DNA of 64,000 nt from a virus (lineage: Duplodnaviria; Caudoviricetes), in the IMG/VR virus record IMGVR_UViG_3300044695_006401; one strand, written 5' to 3'. Below are positions 8,884 to 18,592 of the stretch, piece by piece (the first letter of the stretch is position 1; every line of letters begins with the position of its first letter). The position numbers and the translations under genes were made by a program. Below the pieces are notes generated by a model that was given only the letters and a program-made list of their open reading frames with translations, did not search any database and was not told the DNA's origin.

Positions 8884-10920
8884 ATGATAGAATCCGTAGA
8901 CGAAAACGAAAAACCAAAAAACAAACCTAAAGATAGTTCCTCAAAAACCCCCGTATTAGATAATTTCTCAAGAGATCTAATTAAGGCGGCAGAAGAAGGG
9001 AAGTTGGACCCTGTGATAGGGAGAGAAAACGAGATCAATAGGATTGCTCAAATTTTATCAAGGAGAAAGAAAAACAATCCAATTATTTTAGGGGAACCGG
9101 GTTGTGGTAAAACTGCAATTGTTGAGGGACTTGCAAAAAAGATTTTTGAAGGTGATTGTCCTCAAAATTTAGCAAACAAAAGAATAGTATCGTTAGATAT
9201 GACATCAGTTGTGGCAGGGACAAAATATAGAGGTCAGTTTGAAGAGAGGATGAAGGTTATAATGGAAGAATTATATGGAAATCCCGATATTATAATTTTT
9301 ATTGATGAAATACATACTATGATTGGTGCTGGTAATTCATCAGGTTCTATGGATGCGTCAAACATATTTAAACCCGCACTTTCAAGAGGGGAACTTCAAT
9401 GTATTGGGGCGACAACTTTAGACGAATACAGAAAAAATATTGAGAAGGATGGGGCATTAGAAAGAAGATTCCAAAAAGTTATTGTTGACGCATCAACAAA
9501 AGAAGAAACATTACTAATTCTTCAACAATCCAAAGAAAGTTATGAAAATTACCACAAAGTAATTTATAGTGATGATATTATGAAACTTTGTGTGGAGTTA
9601 GCCGATAGATATATTACTGATCGTGAATTTCCAGATAAGGCATTTGATATTATTGATGAGGTTGGGGCAAGATCTCAAGTGGAAGTAAAACTTCCTGAAA
9701 TTATTGAGGACTTGAAAAAAGAAGCTTTGAAAATCAAAGAAGAAAAGTTAGATGTCATCAACAAACAAAAGTATGAGGAGGCGGCTAATTTACGAGACAA
9801 AGAAAGAAAAGTTCTTGCCGAATTAGAAAATGAGAAACAAAAATTCGAAAAGAATCGTGACATGTTTAAAAGAGAAGTGACTGAAGATGTCGTTTATGAT
9901 GTAGTTTCTTTAATGACAAAAATTCCTGTGAATAAAATATCTACAGATGAAACACAACAACTTATTTCTTTAAAAGAAAATTTGAACACAAAAGTTATTG
10001 GTCAGGATGATGCTGTAAGTAAAATAGCAAGGGCAATTCAGAGAAATAAAGTTGGTTTAAACGATCCGAAAAAACCTATTTTCAGTGGTCTGTTAATTGG
10101 TAATTCGGGAGTCGGGAAAACAGAACTCGCAAAACAATTGGCAAAACATATGTTTAACAGTGAAGACGCTTTAATCCGTTTAGACATGAGTGAGTTTTCA
10201 GATAAAATTTCAACATCCAAATTGACGGGAACATCACCAGGTTATGTGGGGTTTGAAGAGGGCTCACCATTTTTGAATAAAATCAAAAACAAGCCATACT
10301 CTGTAATTCTATTAGATGAAATAGAAAAGGCACATTCCGATATATTCAATGTTTTTTTACAGATGTTGGATGAGGGTATGTTAACAGACGGTCATGGGAG
10401 AAAAATAAATTTTAAAAATTGTATTATTCTAATGACTTCTAATGTGGGAACTAAGGTTGTACAAGATTTTGGGACGGGTGTCGGTTTTTCAACAACGGCA
10501 AAAACTGAAAGAAAAGACGATGAGATCAAAACACTTTTGGAAAAAGAGCTATTCAAAAAATTCCCGCCTGAGTTTATCAATAGATTTGATGATATAGTTT
10601 ATTTCAAAGACCTTAATAAAGAGGATTTGTTAAAAATTGTTGATTTAGAACTTAATAAATTCTACGAAAGAATTTCTAAGTTAGAGTTTTCTGTAGATGT
10701 CGATGAGACACTAAAAAAACATCTAATAGAAGTCGGAATGGATACTCGTTTTGGGGCTAGAATACTTAAAAGAACCGTACAGAAATGGATTGATGATGCA
10801 ATCACTGAAAAAATCCTTACAGATAACCCAGAAAAAGGATCAAAGTTTGTTCTTACTTATAACGAGAAGGAAAAGAAAACTGATGTTAAAATAAAAAAAC
10901 CAATTAAAAGAAAAAAATAA
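8884..10920 (+). CDS. clpC: ClpC/ClpA-type AAA+ unfoldase lacking the N-terminal Clp-repeat domain
   Basis: Two AAA modules ([14 protein letters not shown]; [17 protein letters not shown]), UVR-like M-domain ([11 protein letters not shown]), ClpP-docking VGF loop; sequence begins just before LDNFSRDL. Confidence 0.9.
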   Translation: MIESVDENEKPKNKPKDSSSKTPVLDNFSRDLIKAAEEGKLDPVIGRENEINRIAQILSRRKKNNPIILGEPGCGKTAIVEGLAKKIFEGDCPQNLANKRIVSLDMTSVVAGTKYRGQFEERMKVIMEELYGNPDIIIFIDEIHTMIGAGNSSGSMDASNIFKPALSRGELQCIGATTLDEYRKNIEKDGALERRFQKVIVDASTKEETLLILQQSKESYENYHKVIYSDDIMKLCVELADRYITDREFPDKAFDIIDEVGARSQVEVKLPEIIEDLKKEALKIKEEKLDVINKQKYEEAANLRDKERKVLAELENEKQKFEKNRDMFKREVTEDVVYDVVSLMTKIPVNKISTDETQQLISLKENLNTKVIGQDDAVSKIARAIQRNKVGLNDPKKPIFSGLLIGNSGVGKTELAKQLAKHMFNSEDALIRLDMSEFSDKISTSKLTGTSPGYVGFEEGSPFLNKIKNKPYSVILLDEIEKAHSDIFNVFLQMLDEGMLTDGHGRKINFKNCIILMTSNVGTKVVQDFGTGVGFSTTAKTERKDDEIKTLLEKELFKKFPPEFINRFDDIVYFKDLNKEDLLKIVDLELNKFYERISKLEFSVDVDETLKKHLIEVGMDTRFGARILKRTVQKWIDDAITEKILTDNPEKGSKFVLTYNEKEKKTDVKIKKPIKRKK

Positions 10921-10921
10921 T

Positions 10922-10952
10922 TTTGCAAATGTTAAAAACTTTTGTACATTTG
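10922..10952 (+). promoter_or_regulatory. Bacteroidota sigma70-type promoter (TTTG-N19-TACATTTG)
   Basis: Perfect consensus and spacing; it overlaps the ORF-track start 10942, so true start is ATG 10966. Confidence 0.8.
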
Positions 10953-10965
10953 TAAAAAAACAGCA

Positions 10966-12018
10966 ATGAACATAGAAAAATTTAAAGAGCTCCTTTCAGT
11001 CCCAAGCAAGACATATCAAGAAGAAGATATGGTAGAGTTTATTTGTGACGAGTTGGGGGATATGGAAGGGGTTACTTTCTATCGTGATGTAATGATGAAC
11101 ATCTACGCGACAAAAGGTGTGTTAGAGGAAGGTGAATTTTACCCTATGTTTATTGCTCACACAGATACAGTACACAGTAAGATTGAAAAAATAGTAGTTA
11201 AAGAAGAAAAACTTGCTCGACCTTACACTTTTGGTAAATCCTTTGACAACACACCAGTTGATGTATTAAAGGCTTATGACACTAACGGTAACCCAACAGG
11301 TATTGGTGGTGATGACAAGTGTGGTATTTTTATTTGTTTAGAGTTACTAAAACAATTAGACAAAGTAAAAATTGGTTTTTTTGTTTCAGAAGAAACAGGA
11401 TGTCACGGTTCATCAAAATGTGATGAAAACTTTTTACAGAATGTTGGTTATATCACTCAATATGACGCACCTGGTAATCACTTAATTACCGAGATTTGCT
11501 CGGGAGTTCGTTTGTTTGAAAGGGAGAGTGAGTTCTTTGAAAAAACATTAGAAGTTATTACGGAATCTTTTGGTAATGAAATGTTAGTTCAATCTCACCC
11601 TTACACCGACATTTCACAACTAAAAAAGAAAATCAATGTTTCTTGCATTAACATGTCTTGTGGTTATTACAATATGCACTCAGTTCAAGAGTTTGTATCC
11701 TTAGACGATGTAAAAAATGCGATTGAAGCAGGAAAGAAGATGGTTGCAGTATTGGGACTTAAAAAATACACATACGAATATGCTCCTATCAAATATACTC
11801 CTCAATTAATAATGAATTCACTTGTGGAAGATTTAGATGAAGAAGTTTTTGATTACCCTGAAGAAACTTTTCATCGTTTAGGGAGTATAGACGCATATGA
11901 AGAAAAAGATGGTATCACATTAAGTGACGCTTATGACGATGGATTTTTATTTATCCCCGATGAGGATTTAGTAAGTCTTTATGAAATTATTAAAGAAAGA
12001 TTGATTAAAAAGTATTAA
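10966..12018 (+). CDS. zinc metallopeptidase, M28/M20/M42 clan
   Basis: AHTDTVH, GGDDK, SEETG, QYD, YYNMH..E metal-ligand pattern; start moved to MNIEKF. Confidence 0.8.
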   Translation: MNIEKFKELLSVPSKTYQEEDMVEFICDELGDMEGVTFYRDVMMNIYATKGVLEEGEFYPMFIAHTDTVHSKIEKIVVKEEKLARPYTFGKSFDNTPVDVLKAYDTNGNPTGIGGDDKCGIFICLELLKQLDKVKIGFFVSEETGCHGSSKCDENFLQNVGYITQYDAPGNHLITEICSGVRLFERESEFFEKTLEVITESFGNEMLVQSHPYTDISQLKKKINVSCINMSCGYYNMHSVQEFVSLDDVKNAIEAGKKMVAVLGLKKYTYEYAPIKYTPQLIMNSLVEDLDEEVFDYPEETFHRLGSIDAYEEKDGITLSDAYDDGFLFIPDEDLVSLYEIIKERLIKKY

Positions 12019-13163
12019 TCAATATAAGGAACAATCGGTGGAGTTTCCAACATATCCAAGATACGACGTAATGGGGCGGACCCTTTTTTAAATGGTTCTC
12101 CCCATGTGTTTCCTTTACGTAAACCATAATTAACCATTAAAGTGTCACTATCAACATCAAATATTCTAATTTCATATCCTCCTGGAATTTTTTTACTACG
12201 ATTAAATCCTATTTTTTCATTTAGTGTGTTTAAAATTTGAAAATATTTTTTCATTTTTTCTTCTCCACCCTCTTGAACCATATCGTCTAACTCTTCCATT
12301 AAACTTTCTAAATCTCTAATACTTCTTTTATTAAATTCTTCGTAAAATACATCTCTGTTCCAAGCTTCGTATTGAATTTCATAATATTCTGAAGCGTGGT
12401 TTGTAACTTCTTTTTCTATTGCTTTAAACATTATATCCAGCAAACAATCTTCGGGAGTTCCGTATCTTACAAATAACATAATGGCGTCACCCCAACTTAA
12501 AAAATATTTCCAATAACAATTTTTTGATTGATTTTCAATACCAATAACAGATAAAGAATTACAATATATTTCATCAATATATCTTGGCACTTCCGCATCC
12601 GTTGCTCTATCATTTGCATATGCATAAGCCTCTATTAAATCATCCTTTGTTCTGCTACTTACAGATTCAATAAAATCACATATTTTATCCGTTTCTTTAC
12701 CATCTTTCCACTTAACGTGATTATCAATAACCTCAAAAGAATTTAATAAGTGTGGTTGATATTTTTTTAATATCTCATATAAAAGTTTTAATGGATCACC
12801 GTTTATTGATTCAATTATATACCCATCATTCCAATCTTCACTTGCTCTATCCCAAGTATCCCATTCCCATTGACCTCTACGCATAGAATCAAGATATCCC
12901 GCTTCATACCAAGCATCTGAACCTTCATCACCATAAGTTTCTTTGAAAAAAAATCTTAGGTATTCTTCTAATCCATCATGGAAAGTGAAAGTTATACCAT
13001 CATAACCTACTTCATAATAGTCTGAATAATCAGTACCATCACACCCATCAAAATCAGTTTCATATGGGTCAATCTTTCTTTTATTTAAAGCAAGAATTTT
13101 TTCGTAGTCGGTTAATTCTATCTCATCTTCGTCTTGTTCAAAAATATCTAATATTTTTCGCAT
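12015..13163 (-). CDS. hypothetical acidic protein
   Basis: 382 aa ORF; two overlapping TATTTAT motifs directly upstream. Confidence 0.75.
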   Translation of the reverse strand: MRKILDIFEQDEDEIELTDYEKILALNKRKIDPYETDFDGCDGTDYSDYYEVGYDGITFTFHDGLEEYLRFFFKETYGDEGSDAWYEAGYLDSMRRGQWEWDTWDRASEDWNDGYIIESINGDPLKLLYEILKKYQPHLLNSFEVIDNHVKWKDGKETDKICDFIESVSSRTKDDLIEAYAYANDRATDAEVPRYIDEIYCNSLSVIGIENQSKNCYWKYFLSWGDAIMLFVRYGTPEDCLLDIMFKAIEKEVTNHASEYYEIQYEAWNRDVFYEEFNKRSIRDLESLMEELDDMVQEGGEEKMKKYFQILNTLNEKIGFNRSKKIPGGYEIRIFDVDSDTLMVNYGLRKGNTWGEPFKKGSAPLRRILDMLETPPIVPYID

Positions 13164-13208
13164 ATATAAATAAATATATTATTAACAACATATATTAAAA
13201 AAAAATAT

Positions 13209-13216
13209 TATATTTG
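13209..13216 (+). promoter_or_regulatory. Bacteroidota -7 element TATATTTG (no clear -33)
   Basis: TAnnTTTG 36 nt before ATG 13253. Confidence 0.5.
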
Positions 13217-13252
13217 TATCTAATCTCAACATTCTAAAACCCCATTTTAACC

Positions 13253-13693
13253 ATGCAAAAATTTTCTATAACTCTATTAATTTTTTTATCATCTTTTTTT
13301 TCAATTTCACAAGTTATTACGGTTGAATTTGAAAAAACTAAATTTTTTATTTCTGAAGGTAGAATATCACCAAAGGATTTATTACTCGATACCTCCTCGA
13401 TGTATGCAAGTGAGCCAAGTAAGTATAAAAAAGTTTTTGATTTAGATAGTAATATTTGTAAATTTTATATTAATGATTCTCTTCAGAGTTCTTTAAGTAT
13501 AACCAAAGTCGAAAAGATTGAAGGAAGTTTAATTAAATTAACCTTTATTGAAAAAGATTTAAGAGACGGATTCCCTCTAGTTACCCATCAATTTGTAAGT
13601 GATACAATATGTTATTATTATTGGTATTGGGGAGGTCAGGATAACTTATCTAATTTAATTTTAGAAGAGGTAAGTAGTATATCTATAAAATAA
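13253..13693 (+). CDS. secreted hypothetical protein (SPI signal, Gln at +1)
   Basis: MQKFSITLLIFLSSFFSIS|Q. Confidence 0.75.
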   Translation: MQKFSITLLIFLSSFFSISQVITVEFEKTKFFISEGRISPKDLLLDTSSMYASEPSKYKKVFDLDSNICKFYINDSLQSSLSITKVEKIEGSLIKLTFIEKDLRDGFPLVTHQFVSDTICYYYWYWGGQDNLSNLILEEVSSISIK

Positions 13694-13720
13694 AAAAAGG
13701 TGGGTATACCCACCTTTTTT
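13693..13720. terminator. bidirectional intrinsic terminator
   Basis: aaaaaaggtggg-tata-cccacctttttt perfect inverted repeat between convergent genes. Confidence 0.88.
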
Positions 13721-13740
13721 ATTAAATTAATTTAAAGTCT

Positions 13741-14094
13741 TTAACAATCGGATTTAAGGGTCCCCTTCCAATTAGGGTGATTTAAAGTTAGTTGAGAAAC
13801 CACCATGGAAGAAATAGGTTGATTACTTTCATCCACTATCTGACCAGTTTTACATGAATAAGTATAATCTTTTCCACTTCTATCATTTATCCATCCTAAA
13901 TCTTGACTCCACTGTTTTAAATCAAACCCGACTCCGTCGGCACCATTGTTTCCAGTATTAGCAATACGCATTCCTTTTCTATTTTTTTCCGCAGCTACAG
14001 AATATTGCGCCCAATCCATCACTTCTTGTTCGTTGATTACTCTGGATACGATTCTTTTCAAGTCACTTTCAGTTAATCTTACAATTTTACTCAT
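13741..14094 (-). CDS. hypothetical protein with LTESDL..IV.RVI.EQ N-terminal leader
   Basis: MSKIVRLTESDLKRIVSRVINEQ. Confidence 0.75.
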   Translation of the reverse strand: MSKIVRLTESDLKRIVSRVINEQEVMDWAQYSVAAEKNRKGMRIANTGNNGADGVGFDLKQWSQDLGWINDRSGKDYTYSCKTGQIVDESNQPISSMVVSQLTLNHPNWKGTLKSDC

Positions 14095-14166
14095 AATTAA
14101 TATTTTAATATAATTTTATTTACTATATTCTATAAGTATATTGTTTTAAGTAAAAAAATTAATTAA

Positions 14167-14198
14167 TTTGATTTTTTAGGATATAATATTTATATTTG
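14167..14198 (+). promoter_or_regulatory. tmRNA promoter: TTTG-N20-TATATTTG, overlapping a TATTTAT motif (14187-14193)
   Basis: Consensus host promoter 36 nt upstream of mature tmRNA 5' end. Confidence 0.75.
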
Positions 14199-14234
14199 TA
14201 TTATTATTCTTTGAAGTAGTCAATTAAGATATAT

Positions 14235-14652
14235 GGGCCTATATTGGATTTGACGGGCGTTGGTTGAATAAAAGAAGCATGTCGGGACTGAATTAATCTC
14301 GTTAAAAACTGATTCGAACAACAACTGGCAATGTGCTAAACAACCTTGAGACTTTGGGACTTATCTCAACTCAAGAAGTTACTGTAGCTTAATTTAAGTA
14401 CGGAAACGGGGGGTCGGTGGATACATAACCTAGCAACAGAAATCCTTAAGGTGTGGTTTCTACCCAAAAAGAAACAAACGGTCTCGTTCAGAGGTCTACC
14501 GTAACAAAAGTGAACTCGACACAGTTTTTGGTAACGATGTTAAAATAGGAACCAAATATTTTGGAAGGTATGAAAAACCTTATCCTAAACATGTAGTTGT
14601 CTCTTAGACAAGACGAGCCGGACGAGGGAGTCGGAGCCCTCTAGGTCCACCA
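14235..14652 (+). ncRNA. ssrA: tmRNA (418 nt)
   Basis: Acceptor GGGCCTA/TAGGTCC+ACCA with G3:U70; GGATTTGAC D-loop-like motif; GCATGT/ACATGT helix 2; PK1 (CGGGA/TCTCG and GAATTA/TGATTC); GGAC-GAGGG/CCCTC T-arm. Confidence 0.93.
14327..14392 (+). other. tmRNA tag reading frame (A)GNVLNNLETLGLISTQEVTVA*
   Basis: AACT-GGC resume context after PK1 as in Bacteroidota tmRNAs (Gly resume codon); 21 codons then TAA. Confidence 0.7.
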
Positions 14653-14656
14653 ATTA

Positions 14657-14691
14657 ATCCCATCATTTAATTATGGTGGGATATTTTTTTT
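14657..14691 (+). terminator. intrinsic terminator after tmRNA
   Basis: ATCCCATCAT-ttaatt-ATGGTGGGAT stem then T-run. Confidence 0.8.
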
Positions 14692-14710
14692 AAAATATTT
14701 TTAAAAGTGT

Positions 14711-14740
14711 TTTGCAAATCAAAAAAAGGTCTTATCTTTG
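14711..14740 (+). promoter_or_regulatory. Bacteroidota promoter TTTG-N18-TATCTTTG
   Basis: Consensus elements; covers ORF-track TTG start 14712, so true start is ATG 14778. Confidence 0.7.
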
Positions 14741-14777
14741 TAGTGTAATCATTCATAAACCCTTTAAACCAAATAAC

Positions 14778-15221
14778 ATGAAAAATTTATTGACCTTAGT
14801 TTTCGCATTATTCTCAACAATTACTGTTTTCTCTCAAGCAAATTTGAACTTCCATACTTTGGGTGGTTTTGATTATTTTGACATTACAAATAAAAATATC
14901 AATCCTGAGGATCTTTTAAAGGGTAAGACTGTGGGTCAAGTTCTACAATCAGATGGATTTAATCTTTACGAGATCAACTTAGATAAAAAAACATTGACCC
15001 ACAATTATATTACTTTGGAATCGGGATCAAAAGACCGTAAAGAAGTGGTATACAAGATTACAAATTTGGAAGATGAGACATACTTTACAAAATTTGATGT
15101 TGTGACTGAAGATTTTGGTACGATGACTTTTGTAATTAATAAAATGAAATCAACAAACAAAGATTTGATTGTAGTCTTCAAAGATAATAACCGTACTTAC
15201 GCGGCAGTAGTAAATATGTAA
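14778..15221 (+). CDS. secreted hypothetical protein (SPI signal, Gln at +1), probable paralog of 13253..13693
   Basis: MKNLLTLVFALFSTITVFS|Q; INPEDLL vs ISPKDLL. Confidence 0.75.
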   Translation: MKNLLTLVFALFSTITVFSQANLNFHTLGGFDYFDITNKNINPEDLLKGKTVGQVLQSDGFNLYEINLDKKTLTHNYITLESGSKDRKEVVYKITNLEDETYFTKFDVVTEDFGTMTFVINKMKSTNKDLIVVFKDNNRTYAAVVNM

Positions 15222-15231
15222 TATTACCCAA

Positions 15232-15266
15232 AACAAAAAAACCCTCTTTTCGGAGGGTTTTTTGTT
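15232..15266. terminator. bidirectional intrinsic terminator
   Basis: aacaaaaaaaccctc-ttttcg-gagggttttttgtt between convergent genes. Confidence 0.85.
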
Positions 15267-15281
15267 CAATTAGTTTTTTAA

Positions 15282-15755
15282 TTATTTTGACATTGATAAT
15301 GCTTTTTTAGCATCTCCAATGTAATTTACAGCATTTCCTGCAGTTGGTGAACTAGGTTGACCTTTAGATTGACAAAAATTTCTAACCATTTTATCTACTA
15401 CACTACCTCTTCCAAAAACATAAGTACTACCACCTTCGAAAACATCCGCAGAACTTCTTGGACTTAATGCCCCTGGATTGGCGCTAGGACCACATGCGGC
15501 ATAAAGAACAATGTTTCCTTTTGTTACAGGAGATCCATTATCTTTGATTCTAACTCCGTTGAATTTAACCTGAGCAGTCACTGTTCCCTTGTAACCTGAA
15601 CCACCAGCGATAGTTGGTTGAGAAAGTACAATAGCGTAATCTTGCATATCACGACTATATCCAGCATCAATAACAGCTGGTGTAGTTTGTTCCTCGATTA
15701 CTCTTTTTACGATATTAACTAAATCGGATTCAGTTAGTCTAACAATTTTTTTCAT
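15282..15755 (-). CDS. hypothetical protein with LTESDL..IV.RVI.EQ N-terminal leader
   Basis: MKKIVRLTESDLVNIVKRVIEEQ. Confidence 0.75.
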   Translation of the reverse strand: MKKIVRLTESDLVNIVKRVIEEQTTPAVIDAGYSRDMQDYAIVLSQPTIAGGSGYKGTVTAQVKFNGVRIKDNGSPVTKGNIVLYAACGPSANPGALSPRSSADVFEGGSTYVFGRGSVVDKMVRNFCQSKGQPSSPTAGNAVNYIGDAKKALSMSK

Positions 15756-15830
15756 AATTTTTTTTTATTCTAAGTTAATTTTATTATCTTTACCATATAA
15801 ATATATCACTTTTTCAAAAAAATTAATTTT

Positions 15831-16322
15831 ATGCAAACTTTTCTTCCATATACTGATTTCAGAAAGTCTTTAGAGTCTTTAGACAACAAGCGCTTAGGAA
15901 AACAAAGAGTAGAAGCATATCAAATAATTTCAGCAATAACAGGTCGCACTAGAAAAGATGGTAAACCATATAAGGGTTGGTTAAATCACCCATGTTCTGT
16001 TATGTGGAAAGATTATGTAAACGCGTTAAAACAATACTATAATGATAGTATTGATGTATGGGTTTCTCGTGGATTTAAAAACACAATGGAACACGAACAA
16101 ATTGAAGGTGAGTTTGTTTTACCTCATTGGTTGGGTATGGAAGAATTTCACACTTCACATAGATCAAATCTATTAAGAAAAGATTCTGAGTATTATTCTA
16201 AACATGGGTGGACTGAGGACCCTAACGATCCATATGTATGGATGGATTCTAATGGTGAATGGTACAAACAAATGGTAGGTTCAAAAGAACGAGTATATTT
16301 TAGTGTTGGTGTTCTTGTATAG
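15831..16322 (+). CDS. MSMEG_6728 family / pyrimidine-dimer DNA glycosylase-like protein
   Basis: MQTFLPY.DF..S...LD.KRLGKQRVEA.QI, HP...MW, P.WLG....H.SHRSNLLRKD. Confidence 0.85.
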   Translation: MQTFLPYTDFRKSLESLDNKRLGKQRVEAYQIISAITGRTRKDGKPYKGWLNHPCSVMWKDYVNALKQYYNDSIDVWVSRGFKNTMEHEQIEGEFVLPHWLGMEEFHTSHRSNLLRKDSEYYSKHGWTEDPNDPYVWMDSNGEWYKQMVGSKERVYFSVGVLV

Positions 16323-16434
16323 TATATTCTATAATATTACCATAATCCTCTATCCATTGTAAACATTCCTCCTGAGTCTTATCCGAGAGGACAATGTTTT
16401 CTGTTTCTATTTCTATTACATCGTAAGTAATCAT
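16300..16434 (-). CDS. 44-aa small protein missed by ORF track (MITYDVIEIETENIVLSDKTQEECLQWIEDYGNIIEYTIQEHQH)
   Basis: ATG 2 nt after upstream TAG; 45 codons; tail overlaps convergent gene by 23 nt. Confidence 0.55.
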   Translation of the reverse strand: MITYDVIEIETENIVLSDKTQEECLQWIEDYGNIIEYTIQEHQH

Positions 16435-16436
16435 AT

Positions 16437-17318
16437 CTAACTAAATGTTAAAGTTATTGTTTGAGATGGTGCCCCTACCGTACTTTGATTAGTCCCTCCC
16501 CAGTTAGCATTATTAATCATAGGTCTAAGAGCATATGTACTACCCGCGTTACAACTAGCAATGTTTGAGAACTCAACGGCAACCCCACCAATTTTAGGTG
16601 TACCACATCCCGTACCAACTCTCCAAGACACACTATTAATAGTTACTGAAGTTATTGTGGCGGTTCTTAACCCATTCGCTAAGGTCTGTACTAAGGTTGG
16701 ATCTGAAACCGTTATTGAATTTCCATTTGTACTTGACCATACAAATTGGGTGTATGTAGTACCAGTTAATTGACTTCTAAATGTATTCCAAGCAGTTTCT
16801 ATTGCGGATGATGGTGCAGTCGCCCCTGTGAATGCTTGTGAGAATGTAACACCACTTTCAGGTATAGGATTAGTTGTTGGGGTTGGAGTTGGTGTTGCAG
16901 TAGGAGTAGCTGTTGGTGGTATTGGTGTTGCCGTTGGTGTAGGTGTTGCTGTAGGGGCAACAAAATTCCAAGAACTCCAATACCCATTACCACTTAACCA
17001 TAGATATGCTTCGTTTCCTGTGTTAAATGTTTGTCCTGAAGAAATAAGTTCCGACAACTCAATAAAGTCATTTTCTAAAAAACCATCAGTTCTAAAAAAA
17101 CCAACTGAAGCAGTTTGACCCGATACATTAGTAGGTTGGCTGTTATCAGGTACTGATTGGGCAACAACATAACCAAGATCTTCATCAGGTCCATTCCACC
17201 AAACTGGTGGACCTGAAAACCCCGAAAATGGGGTACCAACGCATAGATCACCAATTTGTGTTGTTCCTGAAATAGAAACTCTTGATGGGTTATATGCAAA
17301 TGGTCTTAGTGTTGGCAT
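16437..17318 (-). CDS. virion fibre-like protein with Pro/Thr linker
   Basis: Start at MPTLRP via TAATG overlap with upstream stop; [11 protein letters not shown] linker; Ser/Thr/Gly-rich beta C-domain. Confidence 0.7.
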   Translation of the reverse strand: MPTLRPFAYNPSRVSISGTTQIGDLCVGTPFSGFSGPPVWWNGPDEDLGYVVAQSVPDNSQPTNVSGQTASVGFFRTDGFLENDFIELSELISSGQTFNTGNEAYLWLSGNGYWSSWNFVAPTATPTPTATPIPPTATPTATPTPTPTTNPIPESGVTFSQAFTGATAPSSAIETAWNTFRSQLTGTTYTQFVWSSTNGNSITVSDPTLVQTLANGLRTATITSVTINSVSWRVGTGCGTPKIGGVAVEFSNIASCNAGSTYALRPMINNANWGGTNQSTVGAPSQTITLTFS

Positions 17319-17584
17319 TAGATAGTTGGCATCGGTGATGTCCATTCAGGAGTTGATAGAATCACCAAAATTTCATCATATGTGTATGGACCTTCTTTTG
17401 TTGTTAAGTTGTTAACACAAGATGGTATCGTACCGTCCCATTTAACAAATGTTTTTGTTTCATTGACTGATTTTCTCACAGTTTCTGCAGATGTTTCTAA
17501 TACGGTTGAGAAGTCGATTTGACCTAACTCACTCACATTAAAAATCATAAATCTTCTGTTGTCGTATTCTTCTAAAGTTGCCAT
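17318..17584 (-). CDS. small hypothetical protein (fibre-associated)
   Basis: 88 aa between LamG and PT-linker genes. Confidence 0.7.
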   Translation of the reverse strand: MATLEEYDNRRFMIFNVSELGQIDFSTVLETSAETVRKSVNETKTFVKWDGTIPSCVNNLTTKEGPYTYDEILVILSTPEWTSPMPTI

Positions 17585-17600
17585 ATCTTTTTATTTATAA

Positions 17601-18566
17601 TTATAATCCAAATCTCGATTTTTGTGCGTTAAAGTTTTGTAATATTTCAGCATCGCTTAATACCCTATTATATACTTGAGCAATTGCAATTCTACCTCCA
17701 AAAACATTAGAACCTGTACCATAAGCACCGACAAGTATTTCACTACCACCATTAAATGTTGATGTACTACTAGAAGTTGACTCAGACGCGCCATTTACAT
17801 ATAATTTCCATCCTGTGGTTGTGTTAAAAGTAACAGCACCAAAATACCAAGTGTTTAAAGATAAAGAAGTCGTACTTACAACGGTTGACCACTGTCCGTT
17901 GTGACCGGCATGTAGTTTATTTGTACCCGCTAACCAAAAAGCATGTTGACCATTATTACCACCACTAATTATGTTATAAAGATAACTGGTTATATAGAAC
18001 CATGAGATTTTTGTATAAGTACTATATGAAAGTATATTAGCATTGGAATTAACTACAACACAATCATTAACACCATCAAATACGATACTACCTCCGTTTG
18101 AGGAGTTAAAAGTGGGCCCATTGGTTAATGTCCCATCATTAACCCCATACGACAAATCATACCATGTGGTTCCTGAAGTGGTGTATGACGGGGTAAATCC
18201 CGCATCCAAGTTCAAAATTAAACCATTAGAACTAATAGCATCATAATCTCTATTAACACAAACATAATTTGTTTGCGTTGCATACCAATTTAAACATTGC
18301 GTAGCGGTATTAAAATTTTGACCTGAAACTCCATTTGTATATGCGATAAGTGCAGCATCGTTATTTGCAGAATGAAAACTCAACCTAGATACCTGACTTG
18401 CATTATATGAATATATTGTGTAACCACCGGCAGAAGGAGTAACCCCATTATAATATGTTGTTGCACTTGAAGGTCCTTTTCCAACATCACCAACACCAAA
18501 GAATATATTACCCTTCTTTAATGAGAGTGTATCACCTGTGGTTGAATATTTAATTGCGTTTGGCAT
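17601..18566 (-). CDS. LamG/concanavalin A-like lectin domain protein (virion fibre/adhesin)
   Basis: LDAG...SY...GTTWYDLS, FDGVND, NTWY...TF......LYVNG, GRIA....YNRVLS..EI.QNFNA. Confidence 0.85.
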   Translation of the reverse strand: MPNAIKYSTTGDTLSLKKGNIFFGVGDVGKGPSSATTYYNGVTPSAGGYTIYSYNASQVSRLSFHSANNDAALIAYTNGVSGQNFNTATQCLNWYATQTNYVCVNRDYDAISSNGLILNLDAGFTPSYTTSGTTWYDLSYGVNDGTLTNGPTFNSSNGGSIVFDGVNDCVVVNSNANILSYSTYTKISWFYITSYLYNIISGGNNGQHAFWLAGTNKLHAGHNGQWSTVVSTTSLSLNTWYFGAVTFNTTTGWKLYVNGASESTSSSTSTFNGGSEILVGAYGTGSNVFGGRIAIAQVYNRVLSDAEILQNFNAQKSRFGL

Positions 18567-18592
18567 CTAATCTTTTATTAGATAAATACCAA

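Noticed and set aside
10942-14777. ORF-track starts at 10942 and 14712
   Set aside because: Both lie inside consensus promoters; downstream ATGs (10966, 14778) fit better, and 14778 gives a proper signal peptide.
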